Of a stretch of DNA of 53,853 nucleotides, positions 34,677 to 46,600 are shown piece after piece. Source of the DNA: Perkinsus olseni (taxonomy: Eukaryota); contig JABANN010000199.1 in NCBI GenBank assembly GCA_013115125.1, positions 1 through 53,853 on the forward strand, given 5' to 3'. Numbering within the stretch: position 1 is the first letter of the stretch; each line of letters starts with the position of its first letter. The notes beneath the pieces are model-generated. The model saw only the letters and a list, made by a program, of their open reading frames with translations. It was not told the DNA's origin and made no database searches. Made by a program: the position numbers and the translations under genes.

Positions 34677-35979
34677 CAATGGTCAACAGATTTCCTCAGC
34701 CAAAAGTCAAAAGAGGCACGCTTGAAGTTCCGAATGCGTTCCCCCGGATGCTCTGAAGCCACCAATGCAGGGGTCTTCGGTGGAAAATATATAAAAAAAA
34801 CAACACGACTTGAGCTTGCGGCTCGGGCTGTTCATCATAGCAAGGAACGAAGAAGATCGTGCGTTCTTCCTCTCCGTGGCTCAAGAGGAAAATCACACAT
34901 GTCAGTCATGATGTATTACACGGAGCAAAGACGAAGCATTGATAAACCCCAATCGCCAAGGCAAGGCCCTCAAACAGAAGACAAAACGGCCATCGCCTTG
35001 GGCTCTCTATGCCGATCATTCTCAACGGTAAAGTGTGTTCCGATACGCCGACGGTTCGTGAGATTTGCCACATCCGCCACCCCGAGAGCGTCTTCACAAA
35101 CAATTAGACGCAGTGGTTGCGATTGTTATAACTACTACTGACGGGACGCTCCGAGCTGGTCACTCCCAGCTCAAATCATCAACATAGGACCGAACTATTA
35201 CGAGGCATAGATCGCTGATACTCCTATTGCTGCACCAATGCCAAGAGACAGTCGACTTGGTGATCGATCGGGAGTATGATATGACATCTGGGAAATACCA
35301 ACTGATCACAGAAAGGCCTTCAACGACACGTTAGCCTCAAAGGCCGTACACGTTGGCTGGACAGAGGCGATGGTGGGTTGGGCTTCCTGCGGTCACAGGC
35401 GAACCCTCCTGTGGATACATGTGTTTACCAATTTTTTCGGGCATCACATATGGCGCTAGTTCCGGTAGTCGGTATGTTACTTGCGGTGGAAGGAGTTTTG
35501 TGCGACTGCTCCCTCCAAGCTAGACCGGGCCAGCTCTTGCCTAGCCCTAATGATGCATCCCACGGGAACTGTCACTGAGGTGAAGCATAACTTGCTACCT
35601 TGTTGTGTGCGATAGCACGCGTCCATGTGTGACGCAGATATTAGTCCCAAAGGGCTCTGACTGAAAGCATCAGTAAATATCTGAATCGTCAGTAAGATTG
35701 CACGAAAACTGCACTTGTTGTACAGAAGAGCAGCTTCGTCCAAGGCAGTTTGAGCTTCAAAGTTTGAAGTGAACTGGACGAGTTTTGTCGGGCTTCTATC
35801 TATCGTAACGCAGGAAGAGACTATCTTGAAGTGGATCTTACTAAGTGAGTGCTAACTGAATTTTTCCCCCGAGTGTAAGTTTTACTGTAAAACTGAAGCC
35901 CGAGAGGAACCCCAACTGCAAGTCGAACTTCAATCGCCAGCCTTAAGAAAAAACAGATGACTGCGGCTGAGAGCGGAGA

Positions 35980-36126
35980 AAGGGAAACCCGAAACCCCAC
36001 CAGAAACCCGACAGGGCAACCAGAAACCCGAACTTTTATCCAAGTGAAGGCTGCCTACCAAGGCCTGGCAGTTTCCCAAGGCCAAGCTCTCATCCAATGG
36101 CAAGCTGACCCCAAGGCAGCTTGCCA
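35980..36126. repeat. Short dispersed word repeats (GAAACCC[G] x4; CCAAG[G] x5-6) in an intergenic region
   Basis: GAAACCCGAAACCCCACCAGAAACCCG...CCAGAAACCCG followed by repeated CCAAG/CCAAGGC words. Confidence 0.5.
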
Positions 36127-36398
36127 GATTTACTCAGTTTTCGTGTGGTCTGACTGACGATTCAGATATTTACTGACAGTTTCAAATTATTCCAGTCCCA
36201 AAGTATTTGTTATGAATAACGAATTACTTTCGTGAGTAGTTTTCCACCAACCAAACCATTGTGGATGAGCATTGAAGACAACCAGTTACAAGCTCAAGAC
36301 GGCTGCCTAAAATGGCACTCTTTCCAGCGGAGCGAAGCGTCAGTTGGTTGGTAGACTCGCGTCTCGTCTCAACTTTTGTTATCCTGCAGTTCTCGATT

Positions 36399-37790
36399 AT
36401 GACGTTCCTTCAGTCGTCGTTGTCGTCGTCTACTGCTAAACCGAGAGTGCTGATCATAGGCGGCGGTTTCGGTGGCATGTGCGCCGCCGAACAATTGTGT
36501 CGTGAGTTCGACGTGACTCTTGTTGACACGAAGGAGTACTTCGAGTTCACTCCGGGTATTCTCCAGGCATATGGTCAGCCTTCTTATCATCGCAACCTTT
36601 CCTTCAATTACAGTTCTGTAGTTGAGGAAAAGCTCGGTGGAAAATTTGTTTTCGGCGAAGTCAAGTCTGTTGACGGAAGCCGGAAAATTGCTAAAGTGAA
36701 GCCGGTCTGGTCAAAGGAGCTGGTTGAGGTCGCCTTCGACTACTGTATCGTGGCTACTGGGTGCAAATTCGGCCTGACCACTAAGTGGGGAGAGACGCCT
36801 TGGGATGCTACTTCTCTCGAGGAAGCCCGGAAGGACTCAGCATGGCCTCAGTTCGACGAGCGCTACTTGGCCGGTAGACGGGCCCACATTGCTAACGAAC
36901 ACGAGAAACTGACTGAACTCAATAGCAGAAACGGCGTGGTCGTGGTTATTGGCGGCGGTCTTGTTGGCATCGAATGGGTGACCGAGATGGCTCACTACTA
37001 CCCCAACCTCGAGCTCCACGTTGTGGACGCCGGGCCTACTATTCTACGGAATCTACCCGATTCTGCTCGCTCCTACTGTGAAGACGCGTTAAAAAAGCGC
37101 GGCATTCAACTTCACATTGCTTATTTTTCCGAGGACCCCGATTTCTATTCTAAATTGGGCTTGAGGAAGAACCCCGACTGCGTGTACGAGTGCATGGGTG
37201 TCAAGGCAACCAACTACTTTATGCCCAAGTGCACTCTCTCCAGTTTCAATCCTAGCAAGCCCGATTGTCTCGAGACCGATCGCAAGAAGCTCGGCCCAGG
37301 TGGTGGCGGTTGGATCAAGGTGAATAAAAAGCTTCAAGTGCTAGAGGTCCAGTCTGATGGTTCCGAGATCCCTTTCGCTGACGGATCGGTATTTGCTGTG
37401 GGCGATTGCAATCTCTGTTCCGAGCTCCCAATGATACCGAAACTGTGCTTCCCCACCGAGCAACAGGCGTGTAATGCCTGCAATAACATCAGAGTCGCCG
37501 CTGGTCTCACTAAGAGCTGGAGCGAGTACTTGCTTGGTTATCCTGGAGAACTAGTCGACACCTGGACCCCATGGGGCGCTGGTTTCTATGCGGTTTCCCT
37601 CGGTCCCAATGATGGCTGTTTTGTATTGGGCGCCGTATCTGGTGCCCATCCGGGCTATATGGCGCTTTGGGGTCGACCGGTGGTCCTCCAAAAGAAGATG
37701 ATTGAAATGACGAAAGTTGATGAGTACAGACAGGGCATTGCAGGGCGTAGCATCTGGTATATGGTTCACCATATGCCTTTTATCAACTGA
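36399..37790 (+). CDS. FAD/NAD(P)H oxidoreductase, AIFM2/FSP1 (AMID)-like, paralog 1; intronless
   Basis: VLIIGGGFGG, FDYCIVATG, VVIGGGLVGIEWVTE, GWIKVNKKLQ, VFAVGDC. ORF open from 36312; ATG 36399 fits better with paralog 2. Confidence 0.88.
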   Translation: MTFLQSSLSSSTAKPRVLIIGGGFGGMCAAEQLCREFDVTLVDTKEYFEFTPGILQAYGQPSYHRNLSFNYSSVVEEKLGGKFVFGEVKSVDGSRKIAKVKPVWSKELVEVAFDYCIVATGCKFGLTTKWGETPWDATSLEEARKDSAWPQFDERYLAGRRAHIANEHEKLTELNSRNGVVVVIGGGLVGIEWVTEMAHYYPNLELHVVDAGPTILRNLPDSARSYCEDALKKRGIQLHIAYFSEDPDFYSKLGLRKNPDCVYECMGVKATNYFMPKCTLSSFNPSKPDCLETDRKKLGPGGGGWIKVNKKLQVLEVQSDGSEIPFADGSVFAVGDCNLCSELPMIPKLCFPTEQQACNACNNIRVAAGLTKSWSEYLLGYPGELVDTWTPWGAGFYAVSLGPNDGCFVLGAVSGAHPGYMALWGRPVVLQKKMIEMTKVDEYRQGIAGRSIWYMVHHMPFIN

Positions 37791-38018
37791 AGTACTTCAG
37801 TTCTTTCCACAACCCGTGTGCGAGCATTCTTTTCATCCTTCTGCCACTTTGTTAGCGTCGTTACATTTCCCTGTTTTCGCCAGGTGGCTATTCTGTATCA
37901 CTTCCGAGCGTGGGTCTCATCCCCCACTGGGGCAGAGTCCGAGCAGTAACAATCTGCGTGAAGCGTTGCGTTGTTACGCAAGTGAGTTGTTGGCGAATTT
38001 GATTCAGTTGACTCGGCA

Positions 38019-39392
38019 ATGCCAGAAAAACGCAAAGTCCTGGTAGTCGGCGGCGGTTTCAGCGGCCTGTTCGCAGCCTCAGAGCTAGCCTCTCATTTCG
38101 AGGTCACCGTGGTGGACGCGAAGGAGTACTTCGAATACACCCCGGGTATCTTGCGAGCCTACGTTCATCCGGAGCAACATCACAGCCTAACCTTCACCTA
38201 TGCTTCTGTTTTGGAAAGAAAGATGGGCTGCAAGTTCATTTTCGGCGAAGTGAAGAGCATTAATGGTCAGGACAAGTACGCCTTGGTGAAGCCGATGTTC
38301 TCCTGCACCACTCGCGAGGTCCACTTCGACTACTGTATAATTGCCTCTGGATGCAACTTCGGTGTCATGCACAAGTGGGGTGCTTCCTTATGGTTCCCAA
38401 CCATCCACGAGGACGCCCGTGAAGAGTCTGACTGGAAGCACTTGGACGAGCGTTTTCTTTCCGGCCGACGCCTTCACATCGCCGAGGAACACGAGAAACT
38501 CAAGGAGCTGAACGAACGCAGCGGGAGCGTCTTGGTCGTTGGAGGTGGTTTTATCGGCGTCGAATGGGTCACCGAGCTGCAGCACTATTTCCCTAATCTC
38601 AAACTACACATAGTTGATTCTGGACCCAAGTGCCTTGGCCCACTCCCCGAACGCGCCGCTGACTACTGTGAAACTTACATGAGGGAGAGAGGCATCAAGA
38701 TATCCTACGGGCGTTACAAAGATGACCCCGCTTTCTACAAGCAAATCGGGATCGATGAGAAGCCCGACAGCACTTTCGTCTGTATCGGCGTGAAAGCTTC
38801 GAATTACTTCATGCCCCCGAACACGCTCACATCCTACAATCCTGACGCCCCCGAAAAAAAGGTGACGGACCCGAAAATCTGCGGCCCGTGCGGGGGCGGC
38901 TGGATCAGAGTCAATAAGAAACTTCAAGTTTCACAGATGAGTGAAGATCATCAGCTCTCTCTCTTCGGCGGCGGTTGTATCTTTGCCGTCGGTGACTGCA
39001 ACCTCTGCCCCGACCTCCCGCCCATTCCCAAGATCTCCTACCCCGCCGAGGAGCAAGCTTCGCACGCCTGCTGTAACGTGCGTATTCTTGACAGTCTCGA
39101 GCACAAGGGACCATCTGTGACCCGCTTCTGTGGTATCTCTCGTCTCAACGTCCTGCGTGATTCGTGGAAGCCCAAGGGTGCCGGCACATTCGCGACCTCC
39201 CTCGGCCCAAGTGACGCCTGTCTCGTGATGGGCGCCAGTGACAAAGGGAAGGGCAAGATGGTTTTGCGTGGGAGATCCTCTGCGGCTCTGAAGGACTTTA
39301 TCGAATTCTCAAAAGTGAAGGAGTGCAAGTCTTCGTGGCTTGGCAAATTCGCCTGGCATTTTGTACACAGAACGCCGTTTATCAATCATTAA
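38019..39392 (+). CDS. FAD/NAD(P)H oxidoreductase, AIFM2/FSP1 (AMID)-like, paralog 2; intronless
   Basis: VLVVGGGFSG, FDYCIIASG, VVGGGFIGVEWVTE, GWIRVNKKLQ, IFAVGDC; collinear with paralog 1. Confidence 0.9.
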   Translation: MPEKRKVLVVGGGFSGLFAASELASHFEVTVVDAKEYFEYTPGILRAYVHPEQHHSLTFTYASVLERKMGCKFIFGEVKSINGQDKYALVKPMFSCTTREVHFDYCIIASGCNFGVMHKWGASLWFPTIHEDAREESDWKHLDERFLSGRRLHIAEEHEKLKELNERSGSVLVVGGGFIGVEWVTELQHYFPNLKLHIVDSGPKCLGPLPERAADYCETYMRERGIKISYGRYKDDPAFYKQIGIDEKPDSTFVCIGVKASNYFMPPNTLTSYNPDAPEKKVTDPKICGPCGGGWIRVNKKLQVSQMSEDHQLSLFGGGCIFAVGDCNLCPDLPPIPKISYPAEEQASHACCNVRILDSLEHKGPSVTRFCGISRLNVLRDSWKPKGAGTFATSLGPSDACLVMGASDKGKGKMVLRGRSSAALKDFIEFSKVKECKSSWLGKFAWHFVHRTPFINH

Positions 39393-39557
39393 CTGCATCT
39401 GCATCTCTTCGTTCTTCACAAAGACTCAACTAAACTCGCTCCATGTATTGATGTAATGTCCAGCAGTTGTTGTCGGCCTGTGCCAAGTGTGAGTCAATTG
39501 ATCACTTCAAACAAGAGAATAAAACCAGGTGAAAGATACTGTGAATCATGCCATTAG

Positions 39558-40496
39558 TCACGACACAGCACGGCTGCACGCAAAGATACACCGTAGCACT
39601 TCCACTAGGAATTTGGCACTCGGTAAGCGTGAGTAACCCTCCGGGTACTCGACCGGGAATGCTGTCACCAACCGGCCCTCGTAGTCACGGTACACCAACT
39701 GTTGAAGCGTCAATCGGTATTCCCCAAGAGTTTCAAAGACTATCATATTTGTTCCTTGAGATTGGCCATAGGAGGCTTCTGAGTCGCCGGGGAGTTCACC
39801 AAACGACCACAAAATTCGCGTCTTTGTCACTGTTGGTCGCAACACAGTCACACGGGACTTCCGAAGAGGCAAACACTTTTTCATCTTTGCCCCGGTCGTC
39901 CGAGGTGGGCCTATCGAAGCCTCCTCGGCGTACAAAGTAGCTGCGAAACCGCGTGCGGAAATCGCTAGGTCGGTGCTAAGCTCCGTCGCCAGTTGACGTA
40001 GACGGCCAATGCAAACTCTCTCTTTCTGGCAAGACGGTCCAGTACCATCAACCCCAGTGAGTGCTCGGCATAGTCTCGATAACAGACGATCCGTATGCTA
40101 ACACAGCACAACAGGTGTCAGCCATGGACTGCCGGGGAGCCCGATGGACGCACTTCAGCTGAGGCCCTCGCACCCTCTAGTGGTAAGTAAGCACATATGC
40201 ACTGTGTCTCTTCGGGCAACTTCTTGACATACAGACGTACGGACAGAGAGGGCACGTCGAACTCGCACAGCTCGGAGTGTAGCTTCTGCAGGGAAGATGT
40301 GCTTCACAACGGCCGCAAAGAAGCTGACCTCAACCGCGAACATCCTACAGGCGACAGTCTTCATGGCGAGTCTCTGCAGTCGGTCATCAGCGCGGCCTGT
40401 CAGTGACGATTCGACTCGCCATATTATCGAACCTCGATAAGCGTCCACGAGGAAGAGGCCGAATGACGACGTGTGGGGATCATCACCTCCCGCCAT
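39558..40496 (-). CDS. Hypothetical protein, multi-exon
   Basis: Spliceable segments MAGGDDPHTSSFGLFLVDAYRGSIIWRVE...|KLHSELCEFDVPSLSVRLYVKKL...|HTDRLLSRLCRAL...EYRLTLQQLVYRDYEGRLVTAFPVE...RAVS*. No confident family. Confidence 0.55.
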
Positions 40497-40587
40497 ATTC
40501 TCGCACCTTGTCCGAACAAAAACGGGTTTTCGCCAATGGACCTCTGTCTCGAATTCACAGCGAGACGCATTTTCCGTACGGAAACAG

Positions 40588-43165
40588 TCAGCATGGCAAC
40601 CAAGCATCATCATCATCCGCTTCACAATCACTTTCATCATCTGACGACTCGGGTCCCTCGACCTTCGATAGGAAATCGTCCTCCTCCTCAGGATCATAAA
40701 ACTTGTATCTGAGAGTATCAAGCCGACCTCACGGTGAGTAAGAGAGTAAGCTTAGTGTCAAGAATGAACAACAAGACTTACCCTTCTTCTGCGAAGCTTG
40801 GTACAAAGCTTTCTCGAGACGGCCGCGAGGGGGCTGTGGCGAAGTTGACGAAGTAAATGCCTTTATTGTGGAACGCTCGAAGTAACCTGTCACATCGACT
40901 CTGTCTGGATTCACGTAAATATAGGAGAGAGAACCAGGGGAGCTAACGTAAACGCTTCCTCAGGGTCGATAATAGTTAATACGTTCGTTGTTCGGTGATT
41001 TGCTGAACTAACTAGCCTACGTGGTTCATCACAACATACAGGCTCAAAAGTGCTGAGGCTACGGGGTGCCTTCACCAACGACAGGTGTGCGTCAATCGGC
41101 TGCGAAAGTGCTTAGCTATCCAGACGTGAGCTGAGTGGGTGGCTGGCCTTCTCAGGGTACCTCTCGAAGTGGTGATAGTCCATTCTCCTCGCCTTCTTGA
41201 ATGTGAGGTTACACTGATCCAGAGCCTCTAGACAGTAGTCGCGGAAGCACAGGGTCGATGTTGGCTAAGACAAAAACGGTCCGCGATGGTTGCCGAAGAC
41301 CCTCCCTCACAACGCGGTTTATTGAACACCACATCTTGTAGTTGTGTTCGAGCATGTTGAGCACAGTGAGCCGCTTGAACATCTTGAAGACGTCCTGGTT
41401 CTTCCGAAAGAATGCTATCCGCACCATGGCATCCCACTCCTGAATAGCAAGAGGTCCCGGGATCGATCCCCGCAGACTGCACTTCTCACCTCGAAGTCGA
41501 CCTTCGGCGCTGGAACTCGAGGCGTGAGTCTTATGATCACTGAAGTTGTCTGGGGTTGCGGGAAGAACGCTCTGCCCGGTACCTGACAACCGAAGCCCAG
41601 CCTAACACACCGCAGACCAACACCGCGGCATCTCTGAGGAGACCACACAGGGAACGGCAGGGCCCTTCCGATCGGCTCCCCGATGATACACTACGAAAAA
41701 TCTGTAAAGGGAAGTTAGTTTCGCGGAAGACACTGCTACTATGGTATAGCGAGTTTCGACACGAAAATTTCTCCATACACTCCGCCCAGCATAGAGGTGC
41801 TCAGAGAAACACGAATTCCATGCTACATGGAACAGTAAATAATCGTTGCCACCTAAGCTTAGCTTCAATTCCCGGACACACAAGTCGCCAGGGGTCACGA
41901 CAAAAAAGCCAGTCGGCTGCTCTCCCCTTCTTGAGGACACCTTGCATATCCGCTCCGCCTTAAAGAACATTCGCATGTTCAACGACAACCGAGAGTAAAT
42001 CTTCTCTCCAGGATCCGCCAGAAGTTTCTTCCCGAATTCGTGCCTGTGACCGATGCTGAGCGGCACCCCTTGCCCTCCCGACGTACTGCAGCATTATGAT
42101 GCCGGTCCGAAATGGATGGCCCATGAGCTTCAACAGGAAGCCCGTTGCGAGATGGTAACTGAGAGACGCCACCAAACTCGCTAAAGCGCATGTCTAACCT
42201 CCCAGCCGCCCGCCTGCTGTGAATAGGAATGCCGGCCAGCCCTGCACTCACGAGTCACAGCCGAAGACTTCAGAGTCGTGATATTGTACAAGTTGCACGA
42301 TTGACAGGAAAGGCTATGATTTGATCCAGCAGACTTGCCGAGCAAGGCTGCTCATAATAGACTCACGGCAGGTTGGCTATGACCACATCGAAGTGCGGCA
42401 ATGCTAGTCTCTTGAAATCACCAGTGACCACTTCCATGTTCGATGCTCCTCTGAAAAGAGGCAGCAGGAAGAAGACTCTTGCTTCACCAAGGTTGACCGG
42501 CAACTCACTGCATTTCAGCGCGTTGTTCAACTTCCTTCGCCAACCCTTCGTTGACCTCCATGGCCACAACATGGTTCGCCAGCTCGCTCAGCTTCACAGT
42601 CATGTTACCCGTACCAGGGCCCATCTCAAGGACCGTGTCCGAGGGCCGGATTCCAGCCGCCTGTCAGGAGTCACATTCTCGCCTCGCTTTCGATTGTGAA
42701 ACTCTGTGTCCAAACTACAACTGTGTGGCTCAGTCCTTGGCAAACGACATTCACCATTTCATCCAAGATCGATGAAGCAAGTAATGTCCCCATGCCAAAC
42801 AACTTTGCCGAGCTCCCGTTCAACAGAAAGACCCAACTCTCCCTGAGGCCTCCCTGCCGAGTTGACCTTCCCTGTGCGCTCCCGGCACGCCCAGGGCGAC
42901 GAAGATATTTCCAATCTCAACCGTGGGGACTTTCGCCTTCACCGATGCGATTCGCGCAGAGGGTACAGCATGGCGATGAGGCCTCCGTCCCCACCACTAA
43001 TATCCTGCTCATGATGTCCTCGTTCTGCAACAAATGGCCACCTCTATTCCGATACATCACCAGGGCGCTGTGAGGATGCATGACATTCTTCTGGAGGGGG
43101 GCCGGCTTCGAGCTGTAGGCTCCTCGTTGGGGTCGAGGCACTCTAGGATACCTCCGGAAGAACAT
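40588..43165 (-). CDS. DIM1: rRNA adenine dimethyltransferase, DIM1/KsgA family, with N-terminal extension and acidic C-terminal tail
   Basis: GGHLLQN; DTVLEMGPGTGNMT; VVAMEV; GDFK; VIANLPY; YSRLSLN; FFPQP; FEEWDAMVRIAFFRKN; LEHNYK; LLRAFHNKGIYF. Final exon YKFYDPEEEDD...DDDDAWLPC*. Confidence 0.9.
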
Positions 43166-43218
43166 CAGAGACAACACAACTGCATCGATACACTCTGAGC
43201 GCACAAAATTTCAAAATC

Positions 43219-43634
43219 ATGTCTCCAGGCGTAGCTCTCGAGGAGCCCAGATCGATCCCCGGTCCGGGACAGTTGGAACCGTGCCCACCCCCTATCGCTC
43301 GTGCATTCATCTTGGCTGCTCAGGTTCCAACCCATTCGAAGAGTTGCGCGATTCGTGTTCCCTACCATCACCTAGCCGCTCTCGGTTGGCCACCGGAACC
43401 TCACGTCGGATACTCTTTCATACAATTCGCGATGAGCAGTGGTTCTGCCGACTTTCGGGGCCTCGGCGAAGGCTCACGTCAGCAACCGCTGGAATACATC
43501 CGATGCCTCCGCGGCAACCCAAATGTTACTACCACTATTCCTTGCAGCGCTACGGCTCGGCCGACCCCCCTCCCTCGAGGAGCCCCCTCAGACTGCACTC
43601 AACAGCCATGCAAAACCCCCGTTACGAAACTTGA
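43219..43634 (+). CDS. Possible small hypothetical protein (one candidate intron, about 43262-43323)
   Basis: AAAATCATG start context; a GT..CAG intron would join MSPGVALEEPRSIP to the 43281..43634 frame. No homology recognised. Confidence 0.2.
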
Positions 43635-43659
43635 CCATTTCATGCATTGGATGGTAGTA

Positions 43660-46600
43660 CTATACGTTGCTCCTCTCCACACAGTAGCGGTAGTCGGGCG
43701 CGAAGGGGCGATAGACGTAGAAGGGAAACCCTTGGTCATCTGACCAGCGGTGACGGTGACACGCTCCGACGTCCACCACACCAACCTGTGAGGGATCTCT
43801 TGAATTCACCGGTGCTGCAGAGGATTATGTCGTCATCCAGCAGCTCTTCGTGGGGAGTCACCGAGTGGTCGCAGATGAAGACCTGATGACACCTCTCTAC
43901 TTCCAGGGATGGAAACGATGGCCTACAGCGTTAGGCGGAGAGTAGAGCTGGAGAATATGATCCAACCCCCACACGACCGGCTGAGTCTCCTGTGACACCG
44001 GGCACAGATGGCCTTGCCGAGAGATAGCCCGAAAAAACTAAAGAGCCATCCGTCACGCGCCACGAAATTAGCGCAAGTGTCTACTGACCTCCCTATTAGT
44101 AGCCCTTTGCCTGTCTTCCTTCCTAGCAGCATCCGCACTTTCCAGCTGCCGAACGATACAGTTGTTGTACAGCTTTCGGCATACCTGAGCGCTCGAATGT
44201 CATTTCCCAACCAGCGCCGGAGCTGATCCGCTTCCACGGCGAGCCCTGTTTCGAGGGTTGTCGGTAGTTTCGAGGGCTGTCAGCTCCGCGCCTTGAACTG
44301 GCACTGTTCTGACCGGAACTGTTCTGGCTGTCAGGGAGACGGGAAACGGGTGCAGAGCAAATTTGAGAGAAAAAACGCAATTCGCCGCACGACCTGCAAG
44401 ACCAGTATTCGGATGGCGATAAGAGATCCATCCTCGAGAAATTACAGCCGGAACGGACCCGTCCGAGTCCAAGCTTCCTGCGGCTTTCACGACCCGGAAG
44501 GGACGGAGTGGAAAAGAAGAATCGGAGTTCGCACAGTATGGAGATTCTATGAGCTTCGCCGTATCTCCAAAGATTTGCGATTTCGAGAAAATTTTCATTT
44601 TACCACCTCCGTGAGCTGTGCTTGCTTTTCGTGAAGACCCCCCGCAAAGACGTGAAACTAGCGGAAATACCCAACTGACGCTCTCTACGAAAACGTCCGA
44701 AAAAATAGACCTTACATCGGGTGAACGGAACGCCATGAAGTCGGCCTTGTTAGATAGACTGCCGTCTTCCTCTTCCACCACTTGCCCTCCCAAGTCCATC
44801 CGTATTCTCACAGGATTGGAGCACATGTGAACGCCTTTGAACTTCTCTAAAAATGGACGGCTTTCGAGCCTGCAGGCGTCCACCCACTTCTACTCGCGAT
44901 CCCCTGAGTAAGGTGGTCACCGAGGGGTGGGATGGGCAGGAGGCCGCCGACGCCCGCGGGATCTTCGGGGCCGGGTACGAAGACTAGCTGAGAGTTGGCC
45001 ATGGTTTCTGAGGCGGGAGGGCAGGCATGTCCAGCTTGCCAAATAAAGTGAAAACGTAGGACGGAGTATTCGAACCGGGGCCCTTTGGGATAACAATCCC
45101 TGAATCCTTACTCGGGAATCTGTCAAGCTCCTCAGACAGCCGTGCCCAGCATGCCCTGTATTCCCTCACGCTCTTCGCTGACTGACAAAAATAACCCTTC
45201 TCTGCCACCGCTGAGTATTCAGCCCTCCACTAATATTGAATCCCACATACTTGGACGATAGACCATTTCCACTATATCGGTGCTTCATCGAAGTGACTTA
45301 TTCCAGCACACGGCAGGCCGAGGAACCAGCGTTCGGCATCATTCGATCCACGTCCCCTTCACACTCCCCCCTCCGCAGCCCAGTCTGATCACCTTCAGAT
45401 TCACCGGTTTCCTAGTGAAGTTGCCCATGAACACATAGACCGCAGGAGGCGGCTGAGCCATGCGCTCAAAGCCGAACAGAATATCGCTCAGTTTATCGAA
45501 AGTTTCCTCATCGTCCAAGTGGACCTGCGATCGGTCGTGGTGGCGCTAGACCGCTGCTAGGCCCACCTCGCCCATCACAACGACCATGAGGTCCTCGGCG
45601 GACTCCAGACCAGGCTGGCCAATCTCGGAAATCTCTAGCAAGCCAGTGTGGTTCCCGAGCTGTCTGTCTCTAGCGGTGGAGCCGAAGATGTCAACAGTCG
45701 GGTCGCAAAATTTCCGGGAAACTACCTCGAAGAAGGGTTAGGGTTTCGTGTTACACGCAGAGCGTCAGAGTCGATATGCCGAACTTCCCTATGAAGCCCC
45801 TCAAAGACGTGACGGGGCAACCATCATCGTGATACAAGATGAGTATTGAAGAATACTATTCGGCCAACCAACGAGTCCGGAACGCGAATCGGCAACGAAC
45901 CCCTCATTCAAAGGCGAGAGCTCAGGAGCCATATGGTCCACTACGAGTACACGGAATGCTGATATTGTCAATACAATAACTTCCCATACCGCGGATACTC
46001 AGGATCAGCTCGGTAGAAGAGGGAAACTTCCAACGTCCGACCGCGGGAGGCTTTCAAGCGCTGGACATATTGCCTGGTAATCTACATTTCTGTGAAAAAT
46101 TCATCCTGTGTTGGAGAGGCCCGCTCTCCCAGAGACGCCCGAACCGAAAGGGTACATTGCCACTACCTCTAGGGGGCATCATCATCTCGAAGACGTGAAA
46201 GACGCCGTCGCCCAAGGCGGACATCTCCCCTTTCAACAGCACCTATCACAGTCCGTCAACGGCTGTGCGAAGAGGCGGCCCTACGAAGCTCGCATCTGCT
46301 ACGATGAGCTCTGCGCTGGGTTGGCACTGAGAGAAGTCCAATCTCACATTCTCGTGGACGTCTTCGATGTGCAACGCCCCTTCGGACGCTCTCGAAAGAA
46401 GACCAAAGACGAACTGGGAAAGGTGTGGTATCGGTCACTGAGGTGTGTCGAATATACCTACCTTAACGCCTGGATTCCCCGGTAAGTTCTCCACGGCTGT
46501 GATAACGATGCGCTCGTTCGGCCTCGGATCGAGCAGAGACTGGTCTTCCGACTTAGGAGGCTCTTCAACACAAATACCCTGTGAAGCAGGAAGCTCTCCC

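Noticed and set aside
35983-36030. AAACCCG words resembling TTTAGGG-type telomeric repeats
   Set aside because: Non-tandem, mismatched and only four copies; not an interstitial telomere.
44200-44883. 227-aa minus-strand ORF
   Set aside because: A POLE2 exon (SNPVRI...) reading through into a stop-free intron; not a separate gene.
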